Of a DNA stretch of 64,000 nucleotides, positions 10,496 through 19,903 are shown in pieces. A program made the position numbers and the translations under genes. Positions within the stretch are counted from its first letter, which is position 1. The number at the start of each line of letters is the position of its first letter. Below the pieces are notes generated by a model. That model ran no database searches and was not told the DNA's origin. It saw only the letters and a list, made by a program, of their open reading frames with translations. This DNA is from Ignavibacteriota bacterium (GTDB lineage: Bacteria > Bacteroidota > Ignavibacteria > UBA10030), in assembly GCA_963727825.1 (NCBI GenBank), contig CAVSHO010000009.1:64001-128000 (forward strand), read 5' to 3'.

Positions 10496-10677
10496 AGAAG
10501 AATAAATAAGTCTATGGAATTTCAGAATAGATAAGGTTATTTATATGAAATCTCTTTCATCATTTGGAATTGATAAAACATCACTTTCAACGCGTCAAAT
10601 CAAGATGCTTCTTTGCCGCCTTTTAGTAAAGTGTTTGATCGATATTTTTCTTTTTGTTTCAATAATTATTTATTTCT

Positions 10678-10707
10678 TTGACATCTGTTAAAATAATTAG
10701 GTAACCT
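10678..10707 (+). promoter_or_regulatory. Possible sigma70 promoter of the fhs operon
   Basis: TTGACA-N18-TAACCT about 120 bp upstream of fhs. Confidence 0.4.
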
Positions 10708-10827
10708 TATAATAGTTGAGTAAACTTACTGAAAGTTTTTTGAGCAATATTTTTCCTATAATAGTAATTACAAGTACCCCTTTCATAAAAAAATAGGATC
10801 CAATAATCTTTAAACGGGGATTTTATT

Positions 10828-12462
10828 ATGAAGAAAATTAAGGATATCGCTTCACAGTTGCATATCTCCGAGGATGATCTGATTCTCTATGGCAATTACA
10901 AAGCTAAAGTACCATTGAAATATATAGACAACAATAAACTAAGAAATAGCAATTTGATTCTGGTCTCAGCTATTTCTCCGACGCCCGCAGGAGAGGGAAA
11001 AACGACCATATCAATCGGTCTGACACAGGGAATGAATAGAATCGGAAAACAAACAACGGTCGTGCTGCGAGAACCTTCCCTTGGACCGGTCTTCGGAATG
11101 AAAGGTGGTGCGACAGGAAGCGGACATGCGCAGGTCGTTCCTATGGAAGACATCAATCTTCATTTCACCGGAGATTTTGCGACTATTGAGAAAGCACACA
11201 ATTTACTCGCTGCTCTGATAGACAATAACATTCAAAATAAAAAATATAATTTAGGAATTGATCCTCGAACAGTTCACTGGAAGCGAGTGATGGATATGAA
11301 CGATCGTTCGCTCAGAAAAATTATTGTTGGTCTTGGTGGAACTCTCTCGGGGATCCCGCGTGAAACTGGATTTGATATTACAGCTGCTTCGGAAGTCATG
11401 GCTATACTCTGCCTTGCGGAGAATCTTACCGACTTAAAGCGAAAATTGGGAAATATTTTCGTAGGATTTACTTTTGACAAGAACCCAATATATGCACGCG
11501 ATTTGAAAGCAAGCGGTGCAATGACCGCACTGTTAAAAGATACTATTATGCCCAATCTTGTACAAACCATTGAAGGAAATCCTGCAATTATTCACGGCGG
11601 TCCTTTTGCCAACATCGCACAAGGAACAAATAGCGTTGTTGCAACAAAGATGGGTTTATCTCTTTCAGATTATGCAGTTACAGAAGCTGGATTTGCATTT
11701 GATTTGGGAGCAGAAAAATTCTTTGATATAAAATGCGGTTATTCAGGATTATCGCCTAAAGCAGTCGTCCTTGTAGCAACGTTGAAAGCATTAAAATATC
11801 ATGGCGGTGCAGATTTAAAAACTGTTAACCAGCCGAATAAAGAAGCTTTGAAGAAAGGCCTGGGCAATCTCGAGAAACATATTGAAAACATTATTGCTTT
11901 CGGTATACGCCCGGCGGTTGCGATAAATAAATTTACCGCCGACACAGAAGAAGAGCTAAACATCGTAAAAGATAGGTGCAAAGAGCTTGGAGTGCCTGCA
12001 TCCATAGCAGATGTGTGGGGAAAGGGCGGTGAGGGTTCTATGGAGCTTGCAGAGATAGTCTGCGATATAGCAAAAAATTGCAAAAACAGATATATCCCAA
12101 CATATGATTGGAATTGGGATATTACGAAAAAAGTCGAAACCATTGCAAAAAATATTTATGGCGCAAAAGCAGTAGAGTATACAGCCAAAGCTAAAGCCGA
12201 TCTAGAAAAGATAGAGAAACTTGGTCTGGATAAACTTCCCGTGTGCATGGCAAAAACCCAGAACTCACTTTCCGATGATCCAAAACTACTTGGCAGGCCC
12301 CAAAACTTTCTGATAACAATAAGAGAAATTGAAGTTGCTGCCGGTGCTGGCTTTGTCATTCCGATCACGGGTGAAATAATGCGCATGCCGGGCCTTCCTG
12401 CTGTTCCGGCTGCCGAAAACGTCGATGTAGATGACAACGGAAAGATTACGGGATTATTCTAA
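10828..12462 (+). CDS. fhs: Formate--tetrahydrofolate ligase
   Basis: SPTPAGEGKTT, LREPSLGPVFGMKGGA, NLHFTGD, HGGPFANIAQG, TEAGF, MRMPGLP. Confidence 0.96.
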   Translation: MKKIKDIASQLHISEDDLILYGNYKAKVPLKYIDNNKLRNSNLILVSAISPTPAGEGKTTISIGLTQGMNRIGKQTTVVLREPSLGPVFGMKGGATGSGHAQVVPMEDINLHFTGDFATIEKAHNLLAALIDNNIQNKKYNLGIDPRTVHWKRVMDMNDRSLRKIIVGLGGTLSGIPRETGFDITAASEVMAILCLAENLTDLKRKLGNIFVGFTFDKNPIYARDLKASGAMTALLKDTIMPNLVQTIEGNPAIIHGGPFANIAQGTNSVVATKMGLSLSDYAVTEAGFAFDLGAEKFFDIKCGYSGLSPKAVVLVATLKALKYHGGADLKTVNQPNKEALKKGLGNLEKHIENIIAFGIRPAVAINKFTADTEEELNIVKDRCKELGVPASIADVWGKGGEGSMELAEIVCDIAKNCKNRYIPTYDWNWDITKKVETIAKNIYGAKAVEYTAKAKADLEKIEKLGLDKLPVCMAKTQNSLSDDPKLLGRPQNFLITIREIEVAAGAGFVIPITGEIMRMPGLPAVPAAENVDVDDNGKITGLF

Positions 12463-12496
12463 ATACAATTTATAAGAAAATGAAAGATCAAATTTA

Positions 12497-13369
12497 ATGA
12501 GCGTTGCAGGACTTACTATAATCGGCGAATCGATAAACGATTCGGTTCCATCTACTCACGAGCTTTTCGAAAAGAATGATATCGCCGGCATTATCGAGTT
12601 AGCAAAATCTCAAGCCGAAAGCGGTGCTGCCTATATCGACGTAAATGTCGGGCTACGTTCCCCTGGATTCATGGCGGATATTGTAAAAAAAATTCAGGAA
12701 CATATTTCTCTTCCGCTATCAATTGATACTCCAGATCCTGAAATAGCCGCTGCTGGATTGGAAGCTTACAATCCAGTGCTTGCCGGAAAGCGGAAACCGA
12801 TTCTGAACTCAATTTCCCAGGCACGGCTGCAAATGTTCGACATCTATAAGAGACAGCCATTCATTCCGATAATGCTCCTCACAGAGGGGGCAGAAAAAAG
12901 TGGCGATATTAAAATGAACAAAACTGCCGAAGAAACTTTCGCTACAGCAAAAATCATGATGCATATCGCACGCGAACGCATTAATGATGTAGAGAACAGC
13001 GAGCTGATTCTTGATCCGGGTATTATGCCAATCGGAAGTGATTCAGACGGAAATTTTAAGCGGCTGATAAATTCGATCAGGTTAATCCATGAAGATGCCG
13101 ATCTCAAGGGCGTGAATATGTCCGTCGGGCTTAGCAATTTTACTGTCATGTTGCCATCAAAACGCGCAGACGGTTCGCCGGTAAAAGGTCCGCTTGAAAG
13201 CGCTTTTTTAACAATGGCAATGCCCATGGGATTTAATACTATTATAGGTTCAGTGAAAAGGAAATATTCGATTCTTGCAGACGATCACCCAGCAATGCAG
13301 TGTTTAAAGGATGTGTTGGAATTAGAAGGTTATGATATCATTATGAGAGTTATGAGTTACTATTCTTAA
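12497..13369 (+). CDS. Pterin-binding methyltetrahydrofolate:corrinoid methyltransferase (AcsE / MT2 / MetH folate-domain-like)
   Basis: IIGESIN, YIDVN, LSIDT, ILNS, LDPG and VGLSN motifs of the DHPS-like pterin-binding barrel. Confidence 0.82.
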   Translation: MSVAGLTIIGESINDSVPSTHELFEKNDIAGIIELAKSQAESGAAYIDVNVGLRSPGFMADIVKKIQEHISLPLSIDTPDPEIAAAGLEAYNPVLAGKRKPILNSISQARLQMFDIYKRQPFIPIMLLTEGAEKSGDIKMNKTAEETFATAKIMMHIARERINDVENSELILDPGIMPIGSDSDGNFKRLINSIRLIHEDADLKGVNMSVGLSNFTVMLPSKRADGSPVKGPLESAFLTMAMPMGFNTIIGSVKRKYSILADDHPAMQCLKDVLELEGYDIIMRVMSYYS

Positions 13370-13395
13370 GATAATTTTGAAAAGAACTTAATTAA

Positions 13396-13854
13396 ATGCC
13401 GCTCGATTTTGTTACATCTGGAAAACCCCCAATATCACTCCGTGAACGGAAACTCTCCCGCTTCATGCTTTTTTTTGAGGACGTTGTAAAAGTTCCTCTA
13501 TTCGGTTGCCAGCATTGCGGTGAATGTATATTAGCTTCTACAGCTTTTATCTGCAGCCAAAGATGTCCTAAGCGGATACGCAACGGTCCATGCGGCGGTA
13601 CAGGCGAAGGAGGATCGTGTGAGGTGTTTCCGGAAAGAAAATGCGTATGGTACAGAATCTATTATCGGTCAAAATTGCTAAATCGTATCAGTTTGCTATA
13701 TCGCATAAAAAAAATACACAACTGGAATTTGGAAGGTACCTCAGCCTGGCTAAATCTATTCAAAAAGCGAATTGAGGCACCGACCTGGTTTCTCCGCAAT
13801 GATAAACAAAAGATAAAGGATATTATTTCCCGTGACACTCAAAGAAAAAATTGA
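13396..13854 (+). CDS. metV: MetV-like Cys-rich subunit of methylene-THF reductase
   Basis: CQHCGEC...IC.QRCPKRIRNGPCGG...CEV..ERKCVW; overlaps the metF start. Confidence 0.8.
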   Translation: MPLDFVTSGKPPISLRERKLSRFMLFFEDVVKVPLFGCQHCGECILASTAFICSQRCPKRIRNGPCGGTGEGGSCEVFPERKCVWYRIYYRSKLLNRISLLYRIKKIHNWNLEGTSAWLNLFKKRIEAPTWFLRNDKQKIKDIISRDTQRKN

Positions 13855-14728
13855 ATCAAATAGGTTCATTGTCTGCGGTGAGATAGGTCCACCCAAAAGC
13901 TGTGACGGCAATGTTATTCGGGAAAAGTCAAAGTACTTTAAAGGTCTTGTTGACGCAGTCAATATAACAGATAACCAAACGGCAGTTGTCAGTTTATCAA
14001 GTATTGCTTCAGCGAAGATATTGCTGGAGGAAGGCATCGAACCGATTATGCAAATGACATGCCGCGATCGGAACAGGATTGCAATCCAAAGTGATTTATT
14101 AGGTGCCGCTGCATTGGGCATCAACAATTTACTTTGTCTCACCGGCGATCATCAGAAATTCGGCGATCAACCCGAAGCTAAAGGCGTGTTCGATCTGGAT
14201 TCAATCCAACTAATTGCAACTGTTGCTAAAATGAACAGTGGTTTTTTCCTTTCCAATCAGGAAATGAAAAAAGCTCCGGATTTTCTCATCGGTGCCGCCG
14301 CAAATCCATTTGCCGAACCGTTTGAAATGCGGTTAATCCGTTTGCATAAGAAGGTAGAAGCCGGTGCGCGTTTCATACAAACTCAACCAGTGTTTCATAT
14401 GGAGGTTTTCAGGCGGTGGATGGAAAAAGTTGTCGAAATGGGACTGTATGAGAAATGCGCAATTCTTCCCGGTGTCATGCCAGTAAAATCGGAGAAAGTT
14501 TTGCTTCATATGAAAAAGGAAGTCCCTGGTGTAAAAATAAACGATGAATATATCAACCGCATGAAAGAAGCGCGCGATCCTAAAGAAGAAGGTATAAAAA
14601 TTGCAGTCGAAATGATTCAATCACTACAAAAGATAAAAGGCGTCCACGGTATCCATCTTATGCCCGTTATGTGGGAAAGCATCACTCCGATCATTATCAA
14701 AGAGGCAGGATTAGGAACGTTAAACTAA
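13832..14728 (+). CDS. metF: Methylenetetrahydrofolate reductase
   Basis: GEIGPPK, NITDNQ, QMTCRDRNRIAIQSDLLG, LCLTGD, KVEAGARFIQTQ. Confidence 0.92.
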   Translation: MTLKEKIESNRFIVCGEIGPPKSCDGNVIREKSKYFKGLVDAVNITDNQTAVVSLSSIASAKILLEEGIEPIMQMTCRDRNRIAIQSDLLGAAALGINNLLCLTGDHQKFGDQPEAKGVFDLDSIQLIATVAKMNSGFFLSNQEMKKAPDFLIGAAANPFAEPFEMRLIRLHKKVEAGARFIQTQPVFHMEVFRRWMEKVVEMGLYEKCAILPGVMPVKSEKVLLHMKKEVPGVKINDEYINRMKEARDPKEEGIKIAVEMIQSLQKIKGVHGIHLMPVMWESITPIIIKEAGLGTLN

Positions 14729-14755
14729 TCCTTTACATGGTTTATCATAAGAATA

Positions 14756-14792
14756 AACCTGTCACATTAAGTATGTTGAAATGTGACAGGTT
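14756..14792. terminator. Hairpin between convergent metF and esterase
   Basis: AACCTGTCACATT...AATGTGACAGGTT, 13-bp perfect arms. Confidence 0.6.
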
Positions 14793-14870
14793 CTATAATA
14801 TATCTCAATTGCAAAAATTTTTGTATGTTTCAATTTTTTAGGCAACGAGAAATTTTCACACTGTTATTCT

Positions 14871-16023
14871 TCACTGAACTTTTTTAGCAAAGGCTTCTCC
14901 TGCATACTGCTGCATTTGAAAACCATTAACCTTGCCTGTCTTATCTTTCTCAAAATGAATCGATAAAAACTGACCTTTGATGTAAAAATCTTTCTCAGTT
15001 TCTGCATAGAATGGTATCTTCTGGTTTCCAGGAGCAATGCCAACAAGTTGATTATCTTCTCGTACTATTTTGATATGAAATTGAGGACTGATTTCGTACT
15101 CGCCAACATATTGATCCAATATTTTGTCATCAATTTTTAAACAAGGCTTTTCAAATACATACTGTAATCCTCTGTTAAATCCTTCAGGTTTTGTTCCTGA
15201 ATGTCCGGATCCCTTTATTACCGGAGCTTCTACCTCTAGGCCTTCAATATGATAATCTCTAATAGTTGCTGCCAGTTTTTCAAAACCGGGGACATTCTCA
15301 TATTCACCCATCATCGTATACAGTTTTATTGGATGTGATAATTTTACTTTTGAGAATTTCTCTGCATACTTGTACAACGAAGCATTATCCCATGTCCAAG
15401 CTGGACTTCCAGCGACATAATGATTGAATAAATCGGGTTCAGTAAAGAGAGTATATAAAGTGAACAAACCACCTAGCGAGTGCCCAACCAATGTGCGTTC
15501 ATTTTTCTTTGTTCGATATTTTGATTCAATAAAAGGAATCGCTTCATTCTTAATGAACGAGAGAAATTTTTCGGCATTGCCAAATTGCGATGGCTGACCA
15601 CTGTTAGTTGGTGTTAAATCAAAAGCACGTCGTTTATCATAATTCGGATTTTCACCGCCCCACGTAATACCGGCAATAATAGCTGCAGGCATAAATCCGT
15701 CATAATATTGATCTCCGTAAATAGCTGTTACTAATGAAAAATCCCACTGGCTATCTACTAAATAAATAACCGGGTATGTTTTACTCGTATCTTCATAATG
15801 CTGCGGCAAGTTTATATGGAGTTCGTATTCCTGTCCGGTAATAGCAGAATGAATTTTCAAGAAGCTGTGAGCCGGCAATTTCAACCTGAGGTGGTCGAAC
15901 AGATGAAGCATCTTTTGCCTGGCCAAAACTTTGAGCAGATAAGAGTAAAGATAAAAAGATGAAAACAAAGATTTTACCAATCTTATCAAAACTATTATTA
16001 TGAATTTTGTGCAATGTGTTCAT
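14871..16023 (-). CDS. Secreted alpha/beta-hydrolase esterase (IroE/CE1-like) with a C-terminal DUF3471-like domain; apparent +1 frameshift near 15860
   Basis: Signal peptide in the 15793..16023 frame; YPVIYLVD, RAFDLTP, GHSLGG nucleophile elbow, GSGH; LDQYVGEY C-terminal domain. Confidence 0.78.
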
Positions 16024-16136
16024 AAGAATTCCCTTCTCAATGTGGATAATTTTAACGAGTAATTATCTATTATTTGACAACAAGCGAAAAATCAGAATCT
16101 CAAGGGGCTCAATTTCACAGGTTCTAACAGAATGAA

Positions 16137-17006
16137 TCAAAATCCGGTGCTTACTTCCGGAATACGCTTAAGGAGATCCCGCATCTGTTCCTGGTTCTCC
16201 TGTCCAATGGTGAATGCATCTATACAATTGAGGCTAAGGACGTACCGGAGGCATTCATCAATCTGATGGCGAAGTTGACCAGCTCCAAAAATTTTCATCC
16301 CAACAATTCCCTTTCCATCTTTATGCATTCTTCGTAAGACTTTAACCACCGTTGGGACATCGGCATCCATTACCGCCCCCGCTTGGTTAATTCTGGCAAG
16401 ATCAACCTGCACCCAATCTGAATTGGCAGCCGCTTCTAACGCCTTCAAAGAATGGCAGGAAACACCATGTGCGTGAATAATTCCCTGTTCGCGCGCTTTA
16501 GCTAAATACTCCATCGCTCCTTGCTTTTGACCGGGCCAGTCTGCATCTGTCATCATGTGCAACAGGACTATATCGATATAGTCGACTCCAATTTCCTTCC
16601 GGAATCGATCCAGATCTTCCTGCATTTCGCTGGCATCAGTTGCATGGGTCTTTGTCAATATCACAACGTTACTGCGTGGCACTCGCTTGAGTGCCTCTTT
16701 CATATGAGGATGACTTCCGTATTGATCTGCCGAATCCCAAAAGTTTATTCCCTGATCATATGCAGCACATAGAAGATCCGCGACACCCTTCATACCAAGT
16801 TCCCGTGTCTGATCCGAATGATGGTTATATCCATTCGTACCTGTGCCCATTGCTAATCGCGAAACCTTTATGCCCGTCTTGCCAAGTGTGATAATATCAT
16901 TTGCATATTTCTTATCCTCCCCCATAGCAAAAATCTTTGCCGCTGGTGAAAAAGCCAGAGCACCAGCAGTGGCCGCAGTATATTTGAAAAATTCACGTCT
17001 TCTCAT
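16137..17006 (-). CDS. Aldo/keto reductase with Tat signal
   Basis: MRRREFFK twin-arginine leader; LGKTGIKVSRLAMGT, WDSADQYG, LTK, DYIDIVLLH, GVSCH, GMKIFG. Confidence 0.85.
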   Translation of the reverse strand: MRRREFFKYTAATAGALAFSPAAKIFAMGEDKKYANDIITLGKTGIKVSRLAMGTGTNGYNHHSDQTRELGMKGVADLLCAAYDQGINFWDSADQYGSHPHMKEALKRVPRSNVVILTKTHATDASEMQEDLDRFRKEIGVDYIDIVLLHMMTDADWPGQKQGAMEYLAKAREQGIIHAHGVSCHSLKALEAAANSDWVQVDLARINQAGAVMDADVPTVVKVLRRMHKDGKGIVGMKIFGAGQLRHQIDECLRYVLSLNCIDAFTIGQENQEQMRDLLKRIPEVSTGF

Positions 17007-17089
17007 AACAGGAATTTTTATATGTTCAAATCAATTGGTGGATAGTAAATGTATCATTCGATTTAAATATGTGGGTGATTTAAAAATTA

Positions 17090-18115
17090 TTATTTTCTCA
17101 CCGCTTCGATAAATGCTTTAATGTTTTCCGTACTAACTGCGGGCGGCATCCCTCCTCCGCAAGAAAAAATTACTTTAGATTTATCAATCAAAGAATTTAC
17201 TAGATCGATTGTTGTTTCTGTAACCTTGGCGGTATCGCTGCTTGCCAAAACATCGCGCGGAGGAATATTACCTACTAATGTTACTCTATTTTGGGTCAAT
17301 TGTTTCAATTCATTCAAAGAAATATCAAAACCCATATTGAATAGATTTACTCCTATCTCCGGTAGCATAGGTGCAGACACCTTGCAGGGGGCATCATTAT
17401 GCAAAAATTTGATAGAAACACTTGCATCAAATAATTCTTTGAAATATGGCAATCCGAAAGTGCGAAATTCTTCCTCCCCCATAAAACCGATTATATCGTC
17501 CAGCAAAAGAATCCCGTCGATGGATGGGAATGTTTCCATTTGCAGATTCAGCCAATCCTTAAGAAATAACGTGATTTTTTTCATTAGTGTTTCAGCTTTT
17601 TCCGGCTGCATCATCATCGTAGTCAAAAATTCTGTAGAGCCCATTAGATAACTGGCAATATTTAGAGGACCGCGGGCTACGGCAAATCGAATTTTATGCC
17701 CGGCTGCTTCAATTTTTGGTTGGGCAAGTCTTAAACGATTGAGCATGAATGGCAAAAGACCATCTGTTTTCGGGTTCGGCTGCAGAAGCGAATCTATATC
17801 ATCAACCGATTGGATAATTTTATGCGCATGCGGAAATTCGTTCATCGGGAATACGCAGCGTGCTCCAAACGCCGATGGTTCAGTACACATACCGAATTCA
17901 GACCAGAATCCTGGCAGAAACATTACCTCTGGAAAATCCTGGAGTGCTTTCAAATTTGCCTTCAACCATAATTCATCATTTGAAAAATAGTCAAGAATAT
18001 TAATGCCATACCAATTCGGTAACCATGGACAATCAATAATGAAACCCACCGGCAAAGGATTTAAAATTTCTCCCTTTATTATTTTCTGAAGCATTTCCCA
18101 TTGTTGATCTGTCAT
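17090..18115 (-). CDS. UroD/MtaA(CmuA)-superfamily protein, candidate substrate:corrinoid methyltransferase (MT1)
   Basis: TEPSAFGA, RGPLNIASYLMG, LLLDD, FLHND, LVGNIPP, FSCGGGMPP..STENIKAF. It lacks the WxMRQAGR motif of true HemE and sits in a corrinoid cassette. Confidence 0.75.
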   Translation of the reverse strand: MTDQQWEMLQKIIKGEILNPLPVGFIIDCPWLPNWYGINILDYFSNDELWLKANLKALQDFPEVMFLPGFWSEFGMCTEPSAFGARCVFPMNEFPHAHKIIQSVDDIDSLLQPNPKTDGLLPFMLNRLRLAQPKIEAAGHKIRFAVARGPLNIASYLMGSTEFLTTMMMQPEKAETLMKKITLFLKDWLNLQMETFPSIDGILLLDDIIGFMGEEEFRTFGLPYFKELFDASVSIKFLHNDAPCKVSAPMLPEIGVNLFNMGFDISLNELKQLTQNRVTLVGNIPPRDVLASSDTAKVTETTIDLVNSLIDKSKVIFSCGGGMPPAVSTENIKAFIEAVRK

Positions 18116-18194
18116 CCTACTTTCCCTTCATTCTTTTATGCAACGACCATTTCTATTTGCATATTACTATTTCTGTTTTTTACGGACTCAAACT

Positions 18195-18950
18195 TTATGA
18201 TTTGTGAATAGCACGTTCTGCTTTGGCGACGCGAATTGCTCTATATGTACAATCCTTCATACCGCATGTATCGCAGGTATAATCGACTCTTTTAACTGCT
18301 TTTCCGACACCTATAATCCCACTAACAGATTTAATCGGCACCATTAATGAAGATTCGGTCAGAGTGATTCCACAAAAATTAGCTGGAAAGAACGAAAATA
18401 GGAGTTGTTGTTCCGACACAGACCAATCGCAATAACCTGGACTGTACCTATTGGTAATTTTTAGTCCTTGTAACCGCATTTGCTTTTCGATGTGATCATG
18501 AAGCACATCAGTTGTCTGTTCTTCTGTTACCGATGCAACAATATCGACCATGTAACCTAACGTGGCATCACCGTCGGCAAACAATTTTTTTGCCCAGGTT
18601 TCCATCGCCCGGCCTATGGTACAGACAAACAACGCTGCCTTTTCGGATTTTCTGAGCTGGCTTGTAACAATCTTTTGTAATCTGAAAAATTTATTCCCGA
18701 TAATTAATCCATCATTTCGATCTTCGGTTTTTTTAACATCGAGAAGCCGATAGCCTGCTTGTATTTCACAATATTCTGGTAATCGAAAAAGAATATCATC
18801 GATCATTTCTTCAAAATGTGGCGGAATTGTTCCCTTCGTATATCCAAGAGCAGTCACGATTTCATTTTTACTAATTGATAGATCGCTGAAGTTAATTTTA
18901 ACTTCAAAAGTATCTTTCTCTCGTTCGATTTGTGGAAATATAATTTCCAT
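18195..18950 (-). CDS. Stand-alone B12-dependent methionine synthase reactivation (SAM-binding) domain protein
   Basis: FVCTIG, TNRYSPGYCDW, GITLTESSLMVPIKSVSGIIG, C-terminal CDTCGMKDCTYR. Confidence 0.85.
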   Translation of the reverse strand: MEIIFPQIEREKDTFEVKINFSDLSISKNEIVTALGYTKGTIPPHFEEMIDDILFRLPEYCEIQAGYRLLDVKKTEDRNDGLIIGNKFFRLQKIVTSQLRKSEKAALFVCTIGRAMETWAKKLFADGDATLGYMVDIVASVTEEQTTDVLHDHIEKQMRLQGLKITNRYSPGYCDWSVSEQQLLFSFFPANFCGITLTESSLMVPIKSVSGIIGVGKAVKRVDYTCDTCGMKDCTYRAIRVAKAERAIHKS

Positions 18951-19834
18951 CAGTGAACTCTAATTGCATGGACTAAACTCTGGATATGTGACGGCGTAGT
19001 ACCACAGCAACCACCGATAATATTCGCCCCGCTATTTATCAAATCCTGAACTTTTGCAGCCATCATTTCCGGTGTTTCCGGAAAATCCGTTTTACCATCT
19101 TGATAAATAGGCTTGCCTGCGTTGGCATGGACGAGGATAGGAGTTGATGGATCAATACTTCTGATTTCCTTTACTATGTCAATCATTTGATCGAATCCGT
19201 TTCCGCAATTCGTCCCGATGACACAAGCTCCAGCATCCTTAATCGCCTGGACCATTTCCGCAGGTGCAACTCCCATCATCGTACGGTATTCACCATTGAG
19301 GGTTTTTTCAAAAGTAAAGGTACATGCAATTTCCAAACCAGTAGATTCATGCGCTGCACGAACCGCGAGACACGCTTCATCAAGAGCAGACATAGTTTCT
19401 ACACAAATGGCATCTACGCCGCCTTTTTTAAGAGCTTCTGCTTGAATACAGAATCCGTCGTATAATGTCTCTTCAGATACTTGTCCCATCATCAACATGA
19501 TGCCAGTAGGACCGATGGAGCCAAGCACAAGATGATTTCCACCTGCTGCTTCTCTTGAGATAGCAGCAGCAGCTTCATTTAACTCGGAGGTACGATCTTG
19601 CAACCCATAATGCTCCAACTTAGACGGACTGCCGCCAAAACTGTTGGTGAGAATCATATCAGCACCGGCGTCGATATAACTATTGGCAATTGCAAACACA
19701 TCGTTGCGGTGAGTAACATTCCAAAGTTCCGGACATTCCCCGGGCTGTAAACCACGTTGATATAAAAATGTTCCCCAAGCACCATCGGAGATGAGGACTT
19801 TTTTTTCTTTTAGCGCCGTTAGAAGTAAACTCAT
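18950..19834 (-). CDS. Stand-alone homocysteine S-methyltransferase domain (MetH N-terminal module)
   Basis: SDGAWGT, AGADMILTNSFG, GSIGPTG, ETMS, GTNCG, ANAGKP, IGGCCGTTP (three Zn-binding Cys). Confidence 0.88.
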   Translation of the reverse strand: MSLLLTALKEKKVLISDGAWGTFLYQRGLQPGECPELWNVTHRNDVFAIANSYIDAGADMILTNSFGGSPSKLEHYGLQDRTSELNEAAAAISREAAGGNHLVLGSIGPTGIMLMMGQVSEETLYDGFCIQAEALKKGGVDAICVETMSALDEACLAVRAAHESTGLEIACTFTFEKTLNGEYRTMMGVAPAEMVQAIKDAGACVIGTNCGNGFDQMIDIVKEIRSIDPSTPILVHANAGKPIYQDGKTDFPETPEMMAAKVQDLINSGANIIGGCCGTTPSHIQSLVHAIRVH

Positions 19835-19903
19835 TCCTGATTTTCCCGATTACTTAAAAATTATTATCCTGTTGCCAAGGTGAGTTGTTTTTCTTTTATC
19901 AGG

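Noticed and set aside
10500-10827. Cobalamin, THF or SAM riboswitch upstream of fhs (the short spacers of the corrinoid genes and queD were also checked)
   Set aside because: No recognisable conserved core was seen by eye and the region is very AT-rich. An Infernal search would be needed to exclude it formally.
10828-14728. Autotrophic Wood-Ljungdahl pathway
   Set aside because: Only methyl-branch genes are present. There is no CODH/ACS, corrinoid Fe-S protein or formate dehydrogenase in the window, and the context is sugar catabolism.
17090-18115. hemE (heme biosynthesis)
   Set aside because: It lacks the WxMRQAGR motif and has no tetrapyrrole genes nearby.
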